The notes under the pieces are model-generated. The model did no database searches. It was not told the DNA's origin and worked only from the letters and a program-made list of their open reading frames with translations. Below are positions 1 through 11,935 of a stretch of 24,342 bases of DNA, one piece after another. Position numbers and translations under genes: made by a program. Origin of the DNA: Tubiluchus corallicola (lineage: Eukaryota > Animalia > Priapulida); the NCBI GenBank assembly GCA_030141605.1, contig JAQGDQ010001818.1:1-24342 (forward strand). The letters are read 5' to 3'. The stretch's first letter is position 1. Every line of letters begins with the position of its first letter.

Positions 1-91
1 ACTAACTCTAGCATGAGATTTCCTACGAGATTTCTGATTAAAAGGTCAAGAATTACAATAATTGTACAGCTGTAAAATGTGCAATGCATTG

Positions 92-271
92 CAGAGAGAG
101 AGAGGAGAGAGAGAGAGAGAGGGGGGAGAGAGAGAGAGAGAGTAAGAGAGAGAAAGAGAGAGTGAAAGAGAGAGAGAGAGAAAGAGATAGAGAGGGAGGG
201 AAGGAGAGAGAGAGAGGGAGAAAGAGAGAGAGAGAAAGAGAGAGAAAGGGAGAGAGAGAGAGAGAGAGAGA
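92..271. repeat. (AG)n purine microsatellite, imperfect
   Basis: Almost pure A/G run, mostly AG dinucleotide. It explains the ER-rich and SL-rich ORF translations. Confidence 0.95.
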
Positions 272-299
272 CGAGGACCAGGTCGTACCTAGCACCAAG

Positions 300-641
300 A
301 TGACTGTGACAGCACCAGCAGCAGCAGCAGCAGTGCTGCCACCGCCGAGATTGCATCACCTTCCAATCGTCACTGCTAGAATGATGACTAGAACAGCAGC
401 TGTACCTAAAACAGCGTCACCGACGCCACCACCACCACCACCGTCGAGATTACAGCAGCAGCAGCAGCACAATGTCAACGTTCGGGTCGCGTCTGCTAGC
501 AATATGCCGCCACCGCTAACATCAACAACATCGACAGCAACAACAACAACAACAGTGGCGTCATCAACGAGCATGGGTCCCCCACCCAACATCGTTTTTG
601 TCAACCGGAAGAAAGCATCCGACCAGGATAAAGATAAATGA
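300..641 (+). CDS. Possible low-complexity ORF (113 aa from ATG300; poly-A/P/Q/T; ends NRKKASDQDKDK*), function unknown, possibly element-encoded
   Basis: Open frame with mixed-codon homopolymer runs, an abrupt switch to AT-rich sequence right after the stop, and AATAAA at 831. No recognisable domain; the true start is uncertain. Confidence 0.35.
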   Translation: MTVTAPAAAAAVLPPPRLHHLPIVTARMMTRTAAVPKTASPTPPPPPPSRLQQQQQHNVNVRVASASNMPPPLTSTTSTATTTTTVASSTSMGPPPNIVFVNRKKASDQDKDK

Positions 642-1113
642 ATATTTTTTAAATAGTAAGGGTACACCCCATCGGGATAAAGATAAATGAATATTTTAAA
701 AAGTAAATACACTTCAGTCTCTGGCAATTTTAGTCTAATAGTAAAGCGCCTCAGTTTTTTTCTCTTTGTACATCTAGTCTAGATAAAAGTAAAATTTTAA
801 ATACCCTATTGTCAAAAAAAGAAATCTTTCAATAAAAATGTGGCTAATGCAACTTGTGAGTTTTTGGGATTATATATATATATCCTCACCTAAAAAAATA
901 CTGACTCGTTGAAAGCGTGCAGACTAGAAGGCTGCAGGCATTCAATTTTATCTAGACGGCAGCTGTCCTACTGTCTGCTTGCTGTACATTCCAACGGGCT
1001 TTTTAAAAAAACAGGTACACGCACTTAAATAGCCGCGGGTGTCATGTCTAGCAAGTCAATTAACGGATTAAGTCCTCATTAGCCAGGTAGTCGAGTCAAT
1101 TACCGGATTAAGC

Positions 1114-1304
1114 AATAGACACGTGCCTGCCTTGGCGTCTGATCAGATGAGTGCATTCGTTGCGGGTTTAAACATGCGAGTTAGTACAGATAGAAAGATT
1201 TTTACAAAATAGAGGCGTGCCTGCCTTGGCGTCTGATCGTATGAGTGCATTCGTTGCGGGTTTAAACATGCGAGTTAGTACAGATAGAAAGATTTTTACA
1301 AAAT
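1114..1304. repeat. 94-bp tandem duplication (2 copies)
   Basis: CGTGCCTGCCTTGGCGTCTGATC...GATTTTTACAAAAT at 1122-1210 and 1216-1304, nearly identical. Confidence 0.95.
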
Positions 1305-1602
1305 GAAAAGATAATTTTAACTAACATTAGTTATTATTGTTCTGTCGGATAAAAAAAGTGGATGATGACCAAAGATCAGACTCTGCTTTAGGTAATACCG
1401 CGTCATCATCATCATCATCGTCGTCGTCATCATCATCATCGTTGGATACAGTTGACAAAAAAATAAAGAAACCCAGAAATTAATCATGCTCGGCGACGCG
1501 TGAGTAGACTGTATGTTACACGCGGTAACGTTCGTGCTAATGGTCGGCCCGTGCTAACAATCGTGCTCGGCGGTGTGTGCGCGTGTGAGTAGACTGTATG
1601 TT

Positions 1603-2828
1603 GCAATTTAGACTCGCATAAAAGAACATCCTGTAGAGAAATCTTTTAGCCCATTATCTAGCTAGCTAGCTAGGCGACGAGGCGAGAGTCGATTACCGGA
1701 TTAGCCACAATTAGGGTGGAGCAAGCAAAGTGCGCAGCGAGCGCGCGTCGAACGGACGACTGCATTTAGCGCGGAGGGGGGGTGTTCTCGCCGGGCGCAC
1801 CCCCCCCAAAGCGTGCGGGAGTTCCAACCGTCACTCCTAATCCTTAAATCGAGCACTTAACTAGCGCAACAATAGACCCGCTTCACTTTTTTTAGGGGGT
1901 GATTTTTGTTCCCACCCCCGGCAGCCGAGGGGGGCGTGGCCCATCGACCAACCGTCACTCCTAATCCTTAAATTGGTCACTTAACTAGCACGACAATAGA
2001 GCCACTTCACTTTTTTAGGGGTGTTTCCGGATTTTCGCACTTTTTTAGGGGTGTTTTTCCCCACCCCCCCGGGGAAATCCCCACCCCCCCCGGGAAATCG
2101 GCCAGAGGTGTAACATCTAACCTACTAACGCAATTGGCTCTTGCCGATGCGACCGCATTGGATGGAGCGAAGGAGGCTTTTTGGCGACGACATCCATCCA
2201 TCCATCCATCTCGGATAAAGGTAGGATAAAATTGTATCGCAACTTAGACGCGCATAAAAGAACATTCTAGCCCGGATGAGGGTGGGGTAAAATTTTTAAA
2301 AATTGCATGGCAATTTAGACTCGCATAAAAGAACATCCTAACCATTTAACGACGATGACGAGACTGTGCACTGCTGCACGTGGGTAGAGAAATCTTTTAG
2401 CGTAGCCACACACGCGCGCAAGTCAATTACCCCATTATCTAGCTAGCTAGGCGGCGAGAGTCGATTACCGGATTAGCCACAATTAGGGTGGAGCAAAGTG
2501 TGCAGCGAGCTCGTGTCGAACGGACGACTGCATTTACCGCGGAGGGGGGGTGTTCTCGCCGGGTGCACCCCCCCCAAAGCGTGCGGGAGTTCCAACCGTC
2601 ACTCCTAATCCTTAAATCGAGCACTTAACTAGCGCAACAATAGACCCACTTCACTTTTTTAGGGGGTGATTTTTGTTCCCACCCCCGGCAGCCGAGGGGG
2701 GCGTGGCCCGTCGACCAACCGTCACTCCTAATCCTTAAATTGGTCACTTAACTAGCACGACAATAGAGCCACTTCACTTTTTTAGGGGTGTTTCCGGATT
2801 TTCGCACTTTTTTAGGGGTGTTTTTCCC
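1603..2828. repeat. Long direct repeat pair (1603-2061 and 2310-2828) with nested ~75-bp sub-repeats and GC hairpins; unclassified element
   Basis: 1650-2061 matches 2431-2828 with few differences. The sub-unit CCAACCGTCACTCCTAATCCTTAAAT...CACTTTTTTAGGGG occurs at about 1824, 1948, 2592 and 2715. GCAATTTAGACTCGCATAAAAGAACATCCT occurs at 1603 and 2310, with a variant at 2239. Confidence 0.9.
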
Positions 2829-2834
2829 ATCTAA

Positions 2835-3023
2835 CACACATCTCACTGTGGTCACCTGGCATTCACTGCCTGGCCATGGCGTGGTTTCACTACAATCTCA
2901 CTGTGGCCACATGGCATTCACTGCCCAGCCATGGCGTGCTTTCACCACACATCTCACTGTGGTCACTTGGCATTCACTGCCCAGCCATGGCGTGCTTTCG
3001 CCACGCATCTCACTGTGGTCACC
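2835..3023. repeat. ~56-bp minisatellite, ~3.3 copies
   Basis: Unit CACACATCTCACTGTGGTCACCTGGCATTCACTGCCCAGCCATGGCGTGCTTTCAC repeated head to tail. Confidence 0.9.
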
Positions 3024-3934
3024 TACATATGCTACAAAGTTAGACTGGTATTTACAACTGTCCTTGGAAGACGCGTTCCGCTGTAGGCTACTCGACTTTA
3101 AAACTTCAGTAAGTCGAAGCGACAATTTCGGTGACATTGTTTGCCGAGTTTGTTGCGACGAAAGATGACATTTAATAGCGTCCTCTGACCTCGCTGTAGT
3201 CATTGTAGTCGACGATGTTACTCACGCGGAAGTAGTACCCACAGGTGACATCTGGAAGGTTATATAAGAGGCGCAAAAACAACTTAGACCTACCTTTGTC
3301 TTACTCGAATAAAAGGCATGTACTGCATGATTTTTTTCTAGTACAATATCTAGGCCTACAATGCATCTGGGCCTACAGTTACTTCGACATTCGGTAAATA
3401 TTTACAATTGATAATTACTTCGATATTCGGTAAATATGCGATGTAAGACATACATCGATTTTACTAATTGTCATTGTAGTGGTACTTGTTGTAGTAATTG
3501 TACACACATGGCTTTATTCAGGAGCAGTCTACTTAGTCGATTGAAAGTCGGCTTTTCTCAATTACATCTTGACTGATTCTTGATCCCGAGGGATCTCAAC
3601 AGTCACGGATGCAGAGACAAAAGTGGGAGCACAGTTATGCCAAATTGTACTTGTTGCCCATCACGAGAAACAGTTATATAGATACATTACATTATCCATA
3701 CGGATCATAGCATTGTCTACACATTACAGTACAGAGAGTAACGTATGTTGTTAACAATTTTACGATGGCTTTTAGAATTGATCTTATAATCCCATCGCAC
3801 TATTTACAATTAGTATAATTTTGTGATTTTAGAAAGATCAATCTTATAACGACTTTATATGCAGCTGGAAGTTATAGCAGACTTTTTAATTGTGAAGCGC
3901 TTCGAGATCACCTGATATGATGGGTTATATAAAT

Positions 3935-4098
3935 AATTATAAATTATTATTATCATCATCATCGTTGTTGTCGTCGTCGCCGTCGTCATCATCATCATCA
4001 TCATCGTTGTCGTCATCGTCATCATCATCCTCATTGTCATTGTTGTCGTCGTCGTCGAAATATCATCATTTTATAATAATAATCATCATTATTATTAT
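3935..4098. repeat. Compound trinucleotide microsatellite (TTA/TCA/TCG/TTG)
   Basis: Runs of ATC, GTC and ATT. These generate the poly-S, poly-M/T and poly-I ORFs. Confidence 0.9.
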
Positions 4099-5678
4099 AA
4101 AACCTACGTGTCGCTTTTCATCAATTATTACTAATTCATTAATTTCCATGTATTCATTAATTACTATTTCATCAATTCATCGATTCTATGTAGTATTACT
4201 ATTTTAGAATTAATATTTTAATTCATTACTAATACGCAATCGTCACGCATCATATTTTGTAGCAAGTATTTCTTTTGCATTACAGCCTAAGATATTATTA
4301 ATCAGTTATGCATAACTGAATACCAAACGTCATGGTTGATAAATAATAGAACACATGTATGTTTAGACAGAAAGAAATTCAAGGCTGGGTGAAAACATCA
4401 TCAACCATCTTTTTTAGCTTGATCTCAGCCATATCAACGAGAAATCTCAGTTTGACTAAAAGATAGATTCAAATCTTTGCCTTTACTCCATGGTTACAGT
4501 AAAAACATGTCCCTGTATTGCAGCATATTGTAAAACGATTATGTATTTGTCTCATAATTTATCTACAGCTACAGGGGGAATGATTAGCTATGTGGTCAGG
4601 ATACCACTGCTCTTAACAATTATAGAAATTAGAGGAAAACCGGACACAATCTTGAACTAACTATATGTCAAAATAATTTACTTCACAAAAGTAGTGAAAG
4701 GGAATGTACTATTTTTTTCAAGAATGACTTTTGTGAAAGAATTATTTTCACAGAAATGCTATTTCACGTTCGAGCAGCTAGTTCTCTTTTCTTTTACATG
4801 GATCTCTACATTCGCCAGTTAAATGGGCACTAATGCATGCATCTCAGAAGTGTGTTACACAAAAACACATGGTGTACCACTCAGCTTAGTGGCATTCATT
4901 GTGACGTAGTGCACAAGTTCGAAAGCTCATACATGAGCACAGAGGTAAACTTCAAATTTGCCAAATCTTGTATATCACGCTTGGGGAATGTTTGTGCTGT
5001 TGAAAACTATGTTCAGTTGTGGTGTCATCACTAACTACGTTTGGCAGCCGTTTATTAGGTTTTGAATCTAATATTTAATTATCAGAAACACTTTGGCATT
5101 ATTATAGGTGTACAAATGTATATACTTTTTACTGTATTTCAGAGTGAGGCAAATAAATGTTATACAAGGTGCTGCAGATTTTAGTTAGTCAGGCACTTAG
5201 CGGTTAACAGGCAGTTTTGTTATCATTGTTGTTTTACCCTGGACACAGTCTCATACTGTGACTCTTTGTATACAAGTGTTTGTAAAGCCTTTAGTATGCC
5301 GAATTAAATTAAATAAAATAAACTTGAACTGATACAATCAAGAAAATTATAATGACATTAGTAAAATGCTTGTAGTATCAACAGACAACAGTATAATTCA
5401 ATGAAAATATAAAATGAAATAAAATATCCTGCATTATTCGCACTTGATTCACTAAATCGATTCCGTAATCCACAGTTTTATTTTCGTTTGCCTGAAGCGT
5501 CTCAAATGTCGTGCATATTCGGCAGACAATCTGACGGTGCGTCGCAATTTCGATGAATTAAAGGGCAATGTACAGAGCTATAACAGAGTATGGAAGGTCG
5601 TACCTTTTTTATAATACACGTGTAACTAACAACATTTCTTTTTGATTTTATCTAAGGAAGTATCATTTTTTCTTTCAG

Positions 5679-5697
5679 GAAAGCAATACACTGTAAG
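5679..5697 (+). other. Candidate 19-nt 5' UTR micro-exon of the WSC gene
   Basis: Strong acceptor TTTTTTCTTTCAG (ends 5678) followed by the donor AAG|GTATCT at 5698. Supported by splice signals only. Confidence 0.3.
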
Positions 5698-6475
5698 GTA
5701 TCTTTTCGATGTGCCAAGAAAAGTAGCCTGTAACGTGATAAAATTGTAATGATGGACTTAGATATAGTTTTATACTTGCACCTCGACAGTTCGTCTTATT
5801 CTTTGCAGCAAGGAATGATCGTTTAGTGAACAAGAATTTTTTGCTTCATTGTAGAGGCAAATAAATAACAATTAACAAAAAATCGCAAAATAACAGCTTT
5901 TACTGAGTTGTAATGCCTAATATCAGTACTAGTACTAGTACTAAGTAGTAGTAGCAATAATGGTAGTAAATCTCTAGTAGCAGTAGTTATAAATATACTT
6001 TTGAGACAAATAGTTCTTCCACTGTAATTGCGACAAATTGCACATATATTAGATAGTCATCACTACTTAGTGGCTCCATCGACAGGTTTTCACATTTTAA
6101 TATGTAATCCAGCACCCTTGTCATAATATAGGCATGTTCAAATTATAAGAAAGTTACACGTCACAAATTAATACAGTAATAGTTATTTCAGCTTAACAGA
6201 ATTAGCAGAACTGTTAGTCATTACAAAGTAAATAAGTGTAGGCAGTGGGACTAGCGGAATCACTCAGGTGCAGAAAGCAGTGATTATACCGAAACAAAAG
6301 CGAACCGAAACATTTTTGCAAAACCAACTATTAATATTATTAAGAATGAAAAAAGTAAAATTCTAAAATAAGTAAAATATCTTGTTTTTTTGTTTGTTTT
6401 GTTTGTTTTTATTTGCTGTGGTACCAAATTATTGATAAAAAATTATAATACAAACAGGACACAGAAGTTTTATAG

Positions 6476-7205
6476 GGCGCTATTACACTTTCGTACCGCC
6501 TAGCTTTTCCTGGCCTATTGGTTGTTTTCACGCCTGCAGGCCAGAAAGCAGACCAACAGGCGTAACATACACCATATTCCCATAATATTATTGCGGCGTA
6601 CGCTTTATAAGTCCAGATTAAAATCAGATTAAAATCATGCATTACTTACCTACCGCCGCCATTAGAAGCTGCACGTGAATAACCGTGTTTACACCACTGA
6701 TGCGCAATCGCTCTCGCGCATTGACGTGTTGGCCTTTAACCTGTATTTTTAGTTTCTTCGCATAATTTATGATTATTAGGGTTGCATCTACGAGAGTTTG
6801 TATCGTATCGCGGGTGGGCCTGGAACGGAACAGTTATTTATCATTAATTTTATTTATTACTGTAGTATTATTACTATTAGATTATAAAAAAAGTAAAGGT
6901 TTTTTCTTTATTTCGTAAATGCGGTGAAGATGAAAGTGTGTCACGTGCTTTTAAGCTAGGCCCTGATAATGCATAAACTAGTACGAAATTCGTCACGTGA
7001 CCACACACACAAACAAGATGGCGATACTGTGTCGAACTGTGAATATAGCGTAATTATTGGTAATTATGCCTAAATAGGATTAAATTACAATTAGATTAGC
7101 GGAAACATTCACTGATGACGTAAGAATAATAGAATGATGACTTACGAGCCTAAAAACGCGTAATAACCTATAAAAAGCTAAGCGGTGCGAAAGTGTAATA
7201 GCGCC
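6476..7205. mobile_element. Non-autonomous DNA transposon (MITE), Mutator/MULE-like, 730 bp
   Basis: ~33-bp TIR GGCGCTATTACACTTTCG(T/C)ACCGC(C/T)TAGCTTTT at both ends. Perfect 9-bp TSD GTTTTATAG at 6467-6475 and 7206-7214. A 9-bp TSD with G-starting TIRs is typical of MULEs. Confidence 0.88.
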
Positions 7206-7949
7206 GTTTTATAGTATAGAACCTCATGTTTGTGTTAGAACGTTTTTAGATTTAAGTATCTTTAATGTTTAAAGATCATAGTGAGTCATTAAAAATAAAC
7301 AAATTTTATTTTGTAGATATTTTGTTGCCTATGTTTCATAAATTATAAAATTAAACATGATTTTGCTTAACTAAATTCAAATGTAGTTTGATATTTCGGT
7401 TGATTGGGCCTGAAGACCCTAAAATTTCACAGTCATCAGTCCTGAAGATATGCCACATTGCTGGTAAAAGTGCTTTACAAACTGTTATGTAAACGAAATT
7501 TTTGCTTTATTTGAACTAATTTAACCAAGATTTTTCGGCGGTTTTTGGTAGCTAAGATAAAAGAAGGTAAATTGGATAAATACAAATAAAACCTCGGAAA
7601 AACACTTCGGAAAATTACTAGAAATTTCCACTAGGAAATTTAATAAATTTTACTGAAACCGAAACTTAACCAAAAGTGCATTTATCGGCAAACCGAAAAG
7701 AAAAATTTCGTTCCAGTAGCAACCCTGGCAGTAAGCAAATCAATAACTATTGTTTAGGTTCAATTTTATTTGATAAGTTTAACCAACTTTAACTTAAAAA
7801 TGCAGTTAGTCGCTTTGGTTTGCTGTTTGATGCCTCATTTTTAGAATCCGATGTTAGCCCATTCCTATACTTTCGTTGCAAAATTTATGTCATTTTTAGA
7901 ATGTAACGTAGCCCGGCTAATCAGATAATTTGCACAACCCTGTAGTAGC

Positions 7950-8486
7950 CAGGGATGAGAATTTTTCGCGAATATGCGGAATTCCGAGTTTTTGGAAGAC
8001 CAGTAGTACCATTTTTGTAAATCGCGTAAATTCGTTGAGAAAATTTTTACGGACCCAGTACATTATTTCACAAGCCGACCACTAGTTGGCAGGCCGTCAC
8101 TTTGTTTACATCACATACATCAGTGTAACCACGTGTATATCTCTATGTATAAAAATATAGAATCAATTGCGCGGAATTATTTAGTCAATTGCATATACTT
8201 TTGCATAGGAGCAGCTAGTACTTAGGCATTTTTGAGACAATTAGGCATCATGTATCCTTCATAGTTGGGTATTTTAAATTATGCATGAAACAAGGTAATT
8301 GATATTTTAAGTCCACTTAGAGGCTATCTATGGTCACAAAATAGCAATTTGTTGCTGGCTCCAACGGGCCTTTGCCCCCTTGAACCCCCATGAGGGCTTT
8401 GCCCCTCGACCCCATTGGGGGCCTAGGTGGCCCCAAAAACCCCGGGCTGTTTCAGAGTTTTTTGCAATTTATCATTCTCATCCCTG
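7950..8486. mobile_element. hAT-superfamily MITE, 537 bp
   Basis: Perfect 13-bp TIR CAGGGATGAGAAT / ATTCTCATCCCTG. Perfect 8-bp TSD GTAGTAGC at 7942-7949 and 8487-8494. Confidence 0.93.
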
Positions 8487-8643
8487 GTAGTAGCAACTAA
8501 CTCAGCTTCAGCCTCTATTAATAACTGATGCTATAGCATGTATTCATTATTTACCTTAGATACGAATTTACCAGAAACGTGCAATAAAATGATCTCTTGC
8601 CTGCAGTCACTAAATTCTGGCTTATGAACATTTGCATTATGCC

Positions 8644-8765
8644 ATGGATGTCAAAAAGGAAGAATTTACCTTGCTTGATCATTTGAGCAGTGATTCGAGA
8701 GTTGATGATCTGCAATTTAGGCCGGCGCCAGCTGCACGGAAGAAGAAGAAGTTTTTCAAGACTAG
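8644..8765 (+). CDS. Multi-WSC-domain membrane protein, first coding exon (MDVKKEEFTLLDHLSSDSRVDDLQFRPAPAARKKKKFFKT-)
   Basis: Kozak GCCATGG; in-frame upstream stop TAA at 8611; donor AG|GTAAAT, phase 2, joins the next exon in frame. Possible acceptors end at 8559 or 8606. Confidence 0.8.
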
Positions 8766-10582
8766 GTAAATACGTGCACTGATATCTGATCGTTTTTTAT
8801 AGGAAGACGGGAAGATTTTTCATTTACTACCTCGTTTTCAAGTCCGATAAAAAGTATACGTTTAAATTGACACGATTACATCTGCGAACGCATTTCTGAT
8901 AATTAATAATCGATTAATAATTAATAATTAACGGTGGGCGAACTCAACTATTGATGACATCACAAACTAAAGTAGCAACTAAAGTTTTCAAGAGCAAAGA
9001 TATTCCACAAGCTTGTTGCACATTTTTGAAAAGCAAAAATTGAAGTACAGTGCTAATGTAAGATATTCAGTGTGTTGTACTAAAACTAGGCAAGTTTTAA
9101 AATAAAAATTCAAATTTCAAATTTACCGCTATGCTCACAAATGAGCTGTCGAACGTATATAGTTCGTCTCAAACTAACGCATCTGAACTGAGAGGTGCAG
9201 CACCTGTTTTTTGTGCAATGCGTCCAAAATGACAGAAGACCAGTGTAAAAAAGTGATAAAACAGAATTTATCAGTAATCGTAGAATATAAAGAAACGCAT
9301 AACATCCTAGACTCATAATATAAGTGTCTTTAACATAAAAGTATCAGTCTCATATGCAAACTTACATGTCGCAAAAGTACCAAAAAAGTATCAGAATTCG
9401 GCATCTGACTTTTCAAACGTCAGGTATAATACGTGTAGATATTATAAGTTTGACATAAGAGCACACATAAGTCGGTCACTAATCATCACTAACAGCACAT
9501 GACAACTGACAACAAACTGTATGAGCGACATTACTTTCTCTACCTGGACGCAGACATGTGCGTATCGCCACATGCGCACAACAGCCAAACACTGCATTGC
9601 TGGAGCGCACTGTGCTGGGATGTGAAGCAAACGCTACTACCCTCACGTGCTCTGGTTTCGTGCAAGTATAAAGAGAGAACCAAAGAAAAAAGACATATTA
9701 TATTGAATATTATCGATAAAGAAAATAGGGTGTGCTGCAGTTCCACAGTATCTATACACGAGCCGTGACTGGTATTAGGTATGAATAAACCATAGACTTT
9801 TTGATGGAGTTGGCATCTACCTACAAAATGCAAATTATTAATTAATGCAGTTTCATTGTTCATTGCATATACCAAAGTGTGAATCGTAATAATATGCACA
9901 TGTTTTAATCCAGTGTTCTTGGTTTCTTTCTCGGGTGTACTGTAAACAGCAGCTTTTATACTTATTTCAATCAGAAACGAAGTCTAGGCACTTTTTCAAA
10001 CTAGGGCAAAATTTAGGAATTCGGTTCACGGCACTCCCATTTTTCTTCTTTCATAACTGCAAGAAATTGCAAAAGAGCAAAGTTTCTATCAGGCCTACGT
10101 GGAATTCAGTGCCCTTTAAGACTCTACGATGCCCTAGGCTGATAGTTCTGTCCCACCCATCTTCTTAATGGTTCTTTATGATTTATTAATGAGCAGATGA
10201 AACAATTACTTGTGGTGTGTTAGAAACACTATTAATCTAGGTTCTACGTGGTCATTATTAATTACATGTATTTGCATAGCGCTCATATTCAAGCAGGCTG
10301 TGCAACTGCTTTCTGTGCAATACCTTGCACCTGTTCGTTATGTAGCACTTACATAAAAGTTGTTCTCAGTAACTGCCTGTGGTGTGTTATGAAATGCGCC
10401 ATTTACATGAATATGAAAGTACATATTACACATTTTCCGTGGAGATTAAGAATTTTTTCTAAAAGTGACGCCCCCCCAAACTTTGGCACCCTTGGCTATA
10501 GCCTAGTTAGCCTATTTGTTAATATGTCCCAGATAGAATTATATCTTACATAATTATTTTGAATTGTTTTTCCTACTTCCAG

Positions 10583-10746
10583 GAAACAGAATGTTGCGAA
10601 TAACAACAACGATGTCAAAGAACCGGGCTGTTCTTGCTGGCTTTTCTTTCAACTAGTTTTATTCATTATTCTTCTAATAATCCCATTATTAGCGGGATTA
10701 TCCTGGACATTGCGTAAGAAAATTTCTCCTCTGTCTATGCAAAATG
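10583..10746 (+). CDS. Multi-WSC protein exon 2: transmembrane/signal-anchor helix (..EPGCSCWLFFQLVLFIILLIIPLLAGLSWTLRKK..)
   Basis: Acceptor TTTTTCCTACTTCCAG, donor G|GTAAGT, phase 2 to phase 1, with a ~23-aa hydrophobic stretch. Confidence 0.88.
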
Positions 10747-11130
10747 GTAAGTTTCTCAACTTTTTTTGATGAGGATGGCAAAATTTGGGTTTTTGGTTGA
10801 GATCCTCGATTGATTTGACATCCATTTTTTACGAAACACAAAGTAGATGCGAATGGATCAATGGTTTTTGTTCACATGCAAATATCACTTTTTCTTTTAT
10901 CTGCTTCCGCATAATCTGCGGATTATGTGATGTTTGAATGTTCGCGCATCCGTTAGATCCGCAGAAAATGTAGGCAAAAACTAGACTTGGTTATAATATG
11001 TGCGTCCTATTTGTCAAAAACTTTTTTGTATGAAGCCAGGAGTTACGATGACTAATGAATAATAAAGCACTAGTTAGTCCCCCTGCAAAGGAATTTTCCT
11101 TGTAAATCCTGATCGACAACTCACACCACA

Positions 11131-11675
11131 TATGTACATACATCACTCCACCTTATCATAGCCATAGCATCACATGATGTACATACATCACTCCACATCA
11201 CTCCGCCTTATCATAGCCATAGCATCACATGATGTACACACATCACTCCACATCACTCCGCCTTATCATAGCCATCGCATCACATGATGTACATACATCA
11301 CTCCACCTTATCATAGCCATCGTACAACATGATGTACATACATCACTCCACCTTATCATAGCCATCGTACAACATGATGATGTACATACATCACTCCACC
11401 TTATCATAGCCATCGTACAACATGATGATGTACATACATCACTCCACCTTATCATAGCCATTGTACAACATGATGATGTACATACATTACTCCACATCAC
11501 TCCACCTTATCATACCCGTCGCACTACATGATGATGTAGATACATCGCTCCACATCATTCCGCCTTATCATACTTATCACATCGCATGATGTACATACAT
11601 CACTCCACCTTATCTTACCATTGCATCACATGATGTACATACATCACTCCACCTTATCATACCTATCGCACTACA
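11131..11675. repeat. ~42-52-bp minisatellite
   Basis: Unit ATGATGTACATACATCACTCCACCTTATCATAGCCATCGTACAAC with variable CTCCACATCA and ATG duplications. Confidence 0.93.
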
Positions 11676-11816
11676 CCACAAACCATAATTATCGTAACAA
11701 AACGAAAATATTGCGCTGAAATTAGGTAAACTTTTTGTGCAAACAATTGAAGTTTTAACTTTACGTACGTGGGTTTTGCATGCTCGAAATTTCGCATAAA
11801 ATCCGCAAATTTTGGC

Positions 11817-11886
11817 ATATACCTATATATTATCTATCTATCTATATATCTATACATATATATATATATATGTACGCATATAATTA

Positions 11887-11924
<38 letters not shown>

Positions 11925-11935
11925 TACACATATAA

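Noticed and set aside
53-298. ER-rich N-terminus of ORF 84-641 and SL-rich antisense ORF
   Set aside because: (AG)n microsatellite translation.
1331-1483. Short open frame ..KVDDDQRSDSALGNTAS(n)LDTVDKKIKKPRN*
   Set aside because: No start codon or convincing acceptor, and partly a TCA/TCG microsatellite.
2107-2185. Twister-like (TAA-CATC..GATG-GAG) or HDV-like (minus-strand GCCTCCTTCGC) ribozyme
   Set aside because: No twister L4 loop, pseudoknots or P1; HDV P3 and P1 cannot be formed.
7112-7150. CTGATGA followed by a CGTAAG/CTTACG stem
   Set aside because: The required GAAA after stem II is missing (GAGC), so it is not a hammerhead.
7405-7450. Minus-strand CUGAUGA-CUGU-GAAA..GUC, a possible minimal hammerhead
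   Set aside because: No stem II, stem III mostly G-U pairs, and stem I only 3 bp.
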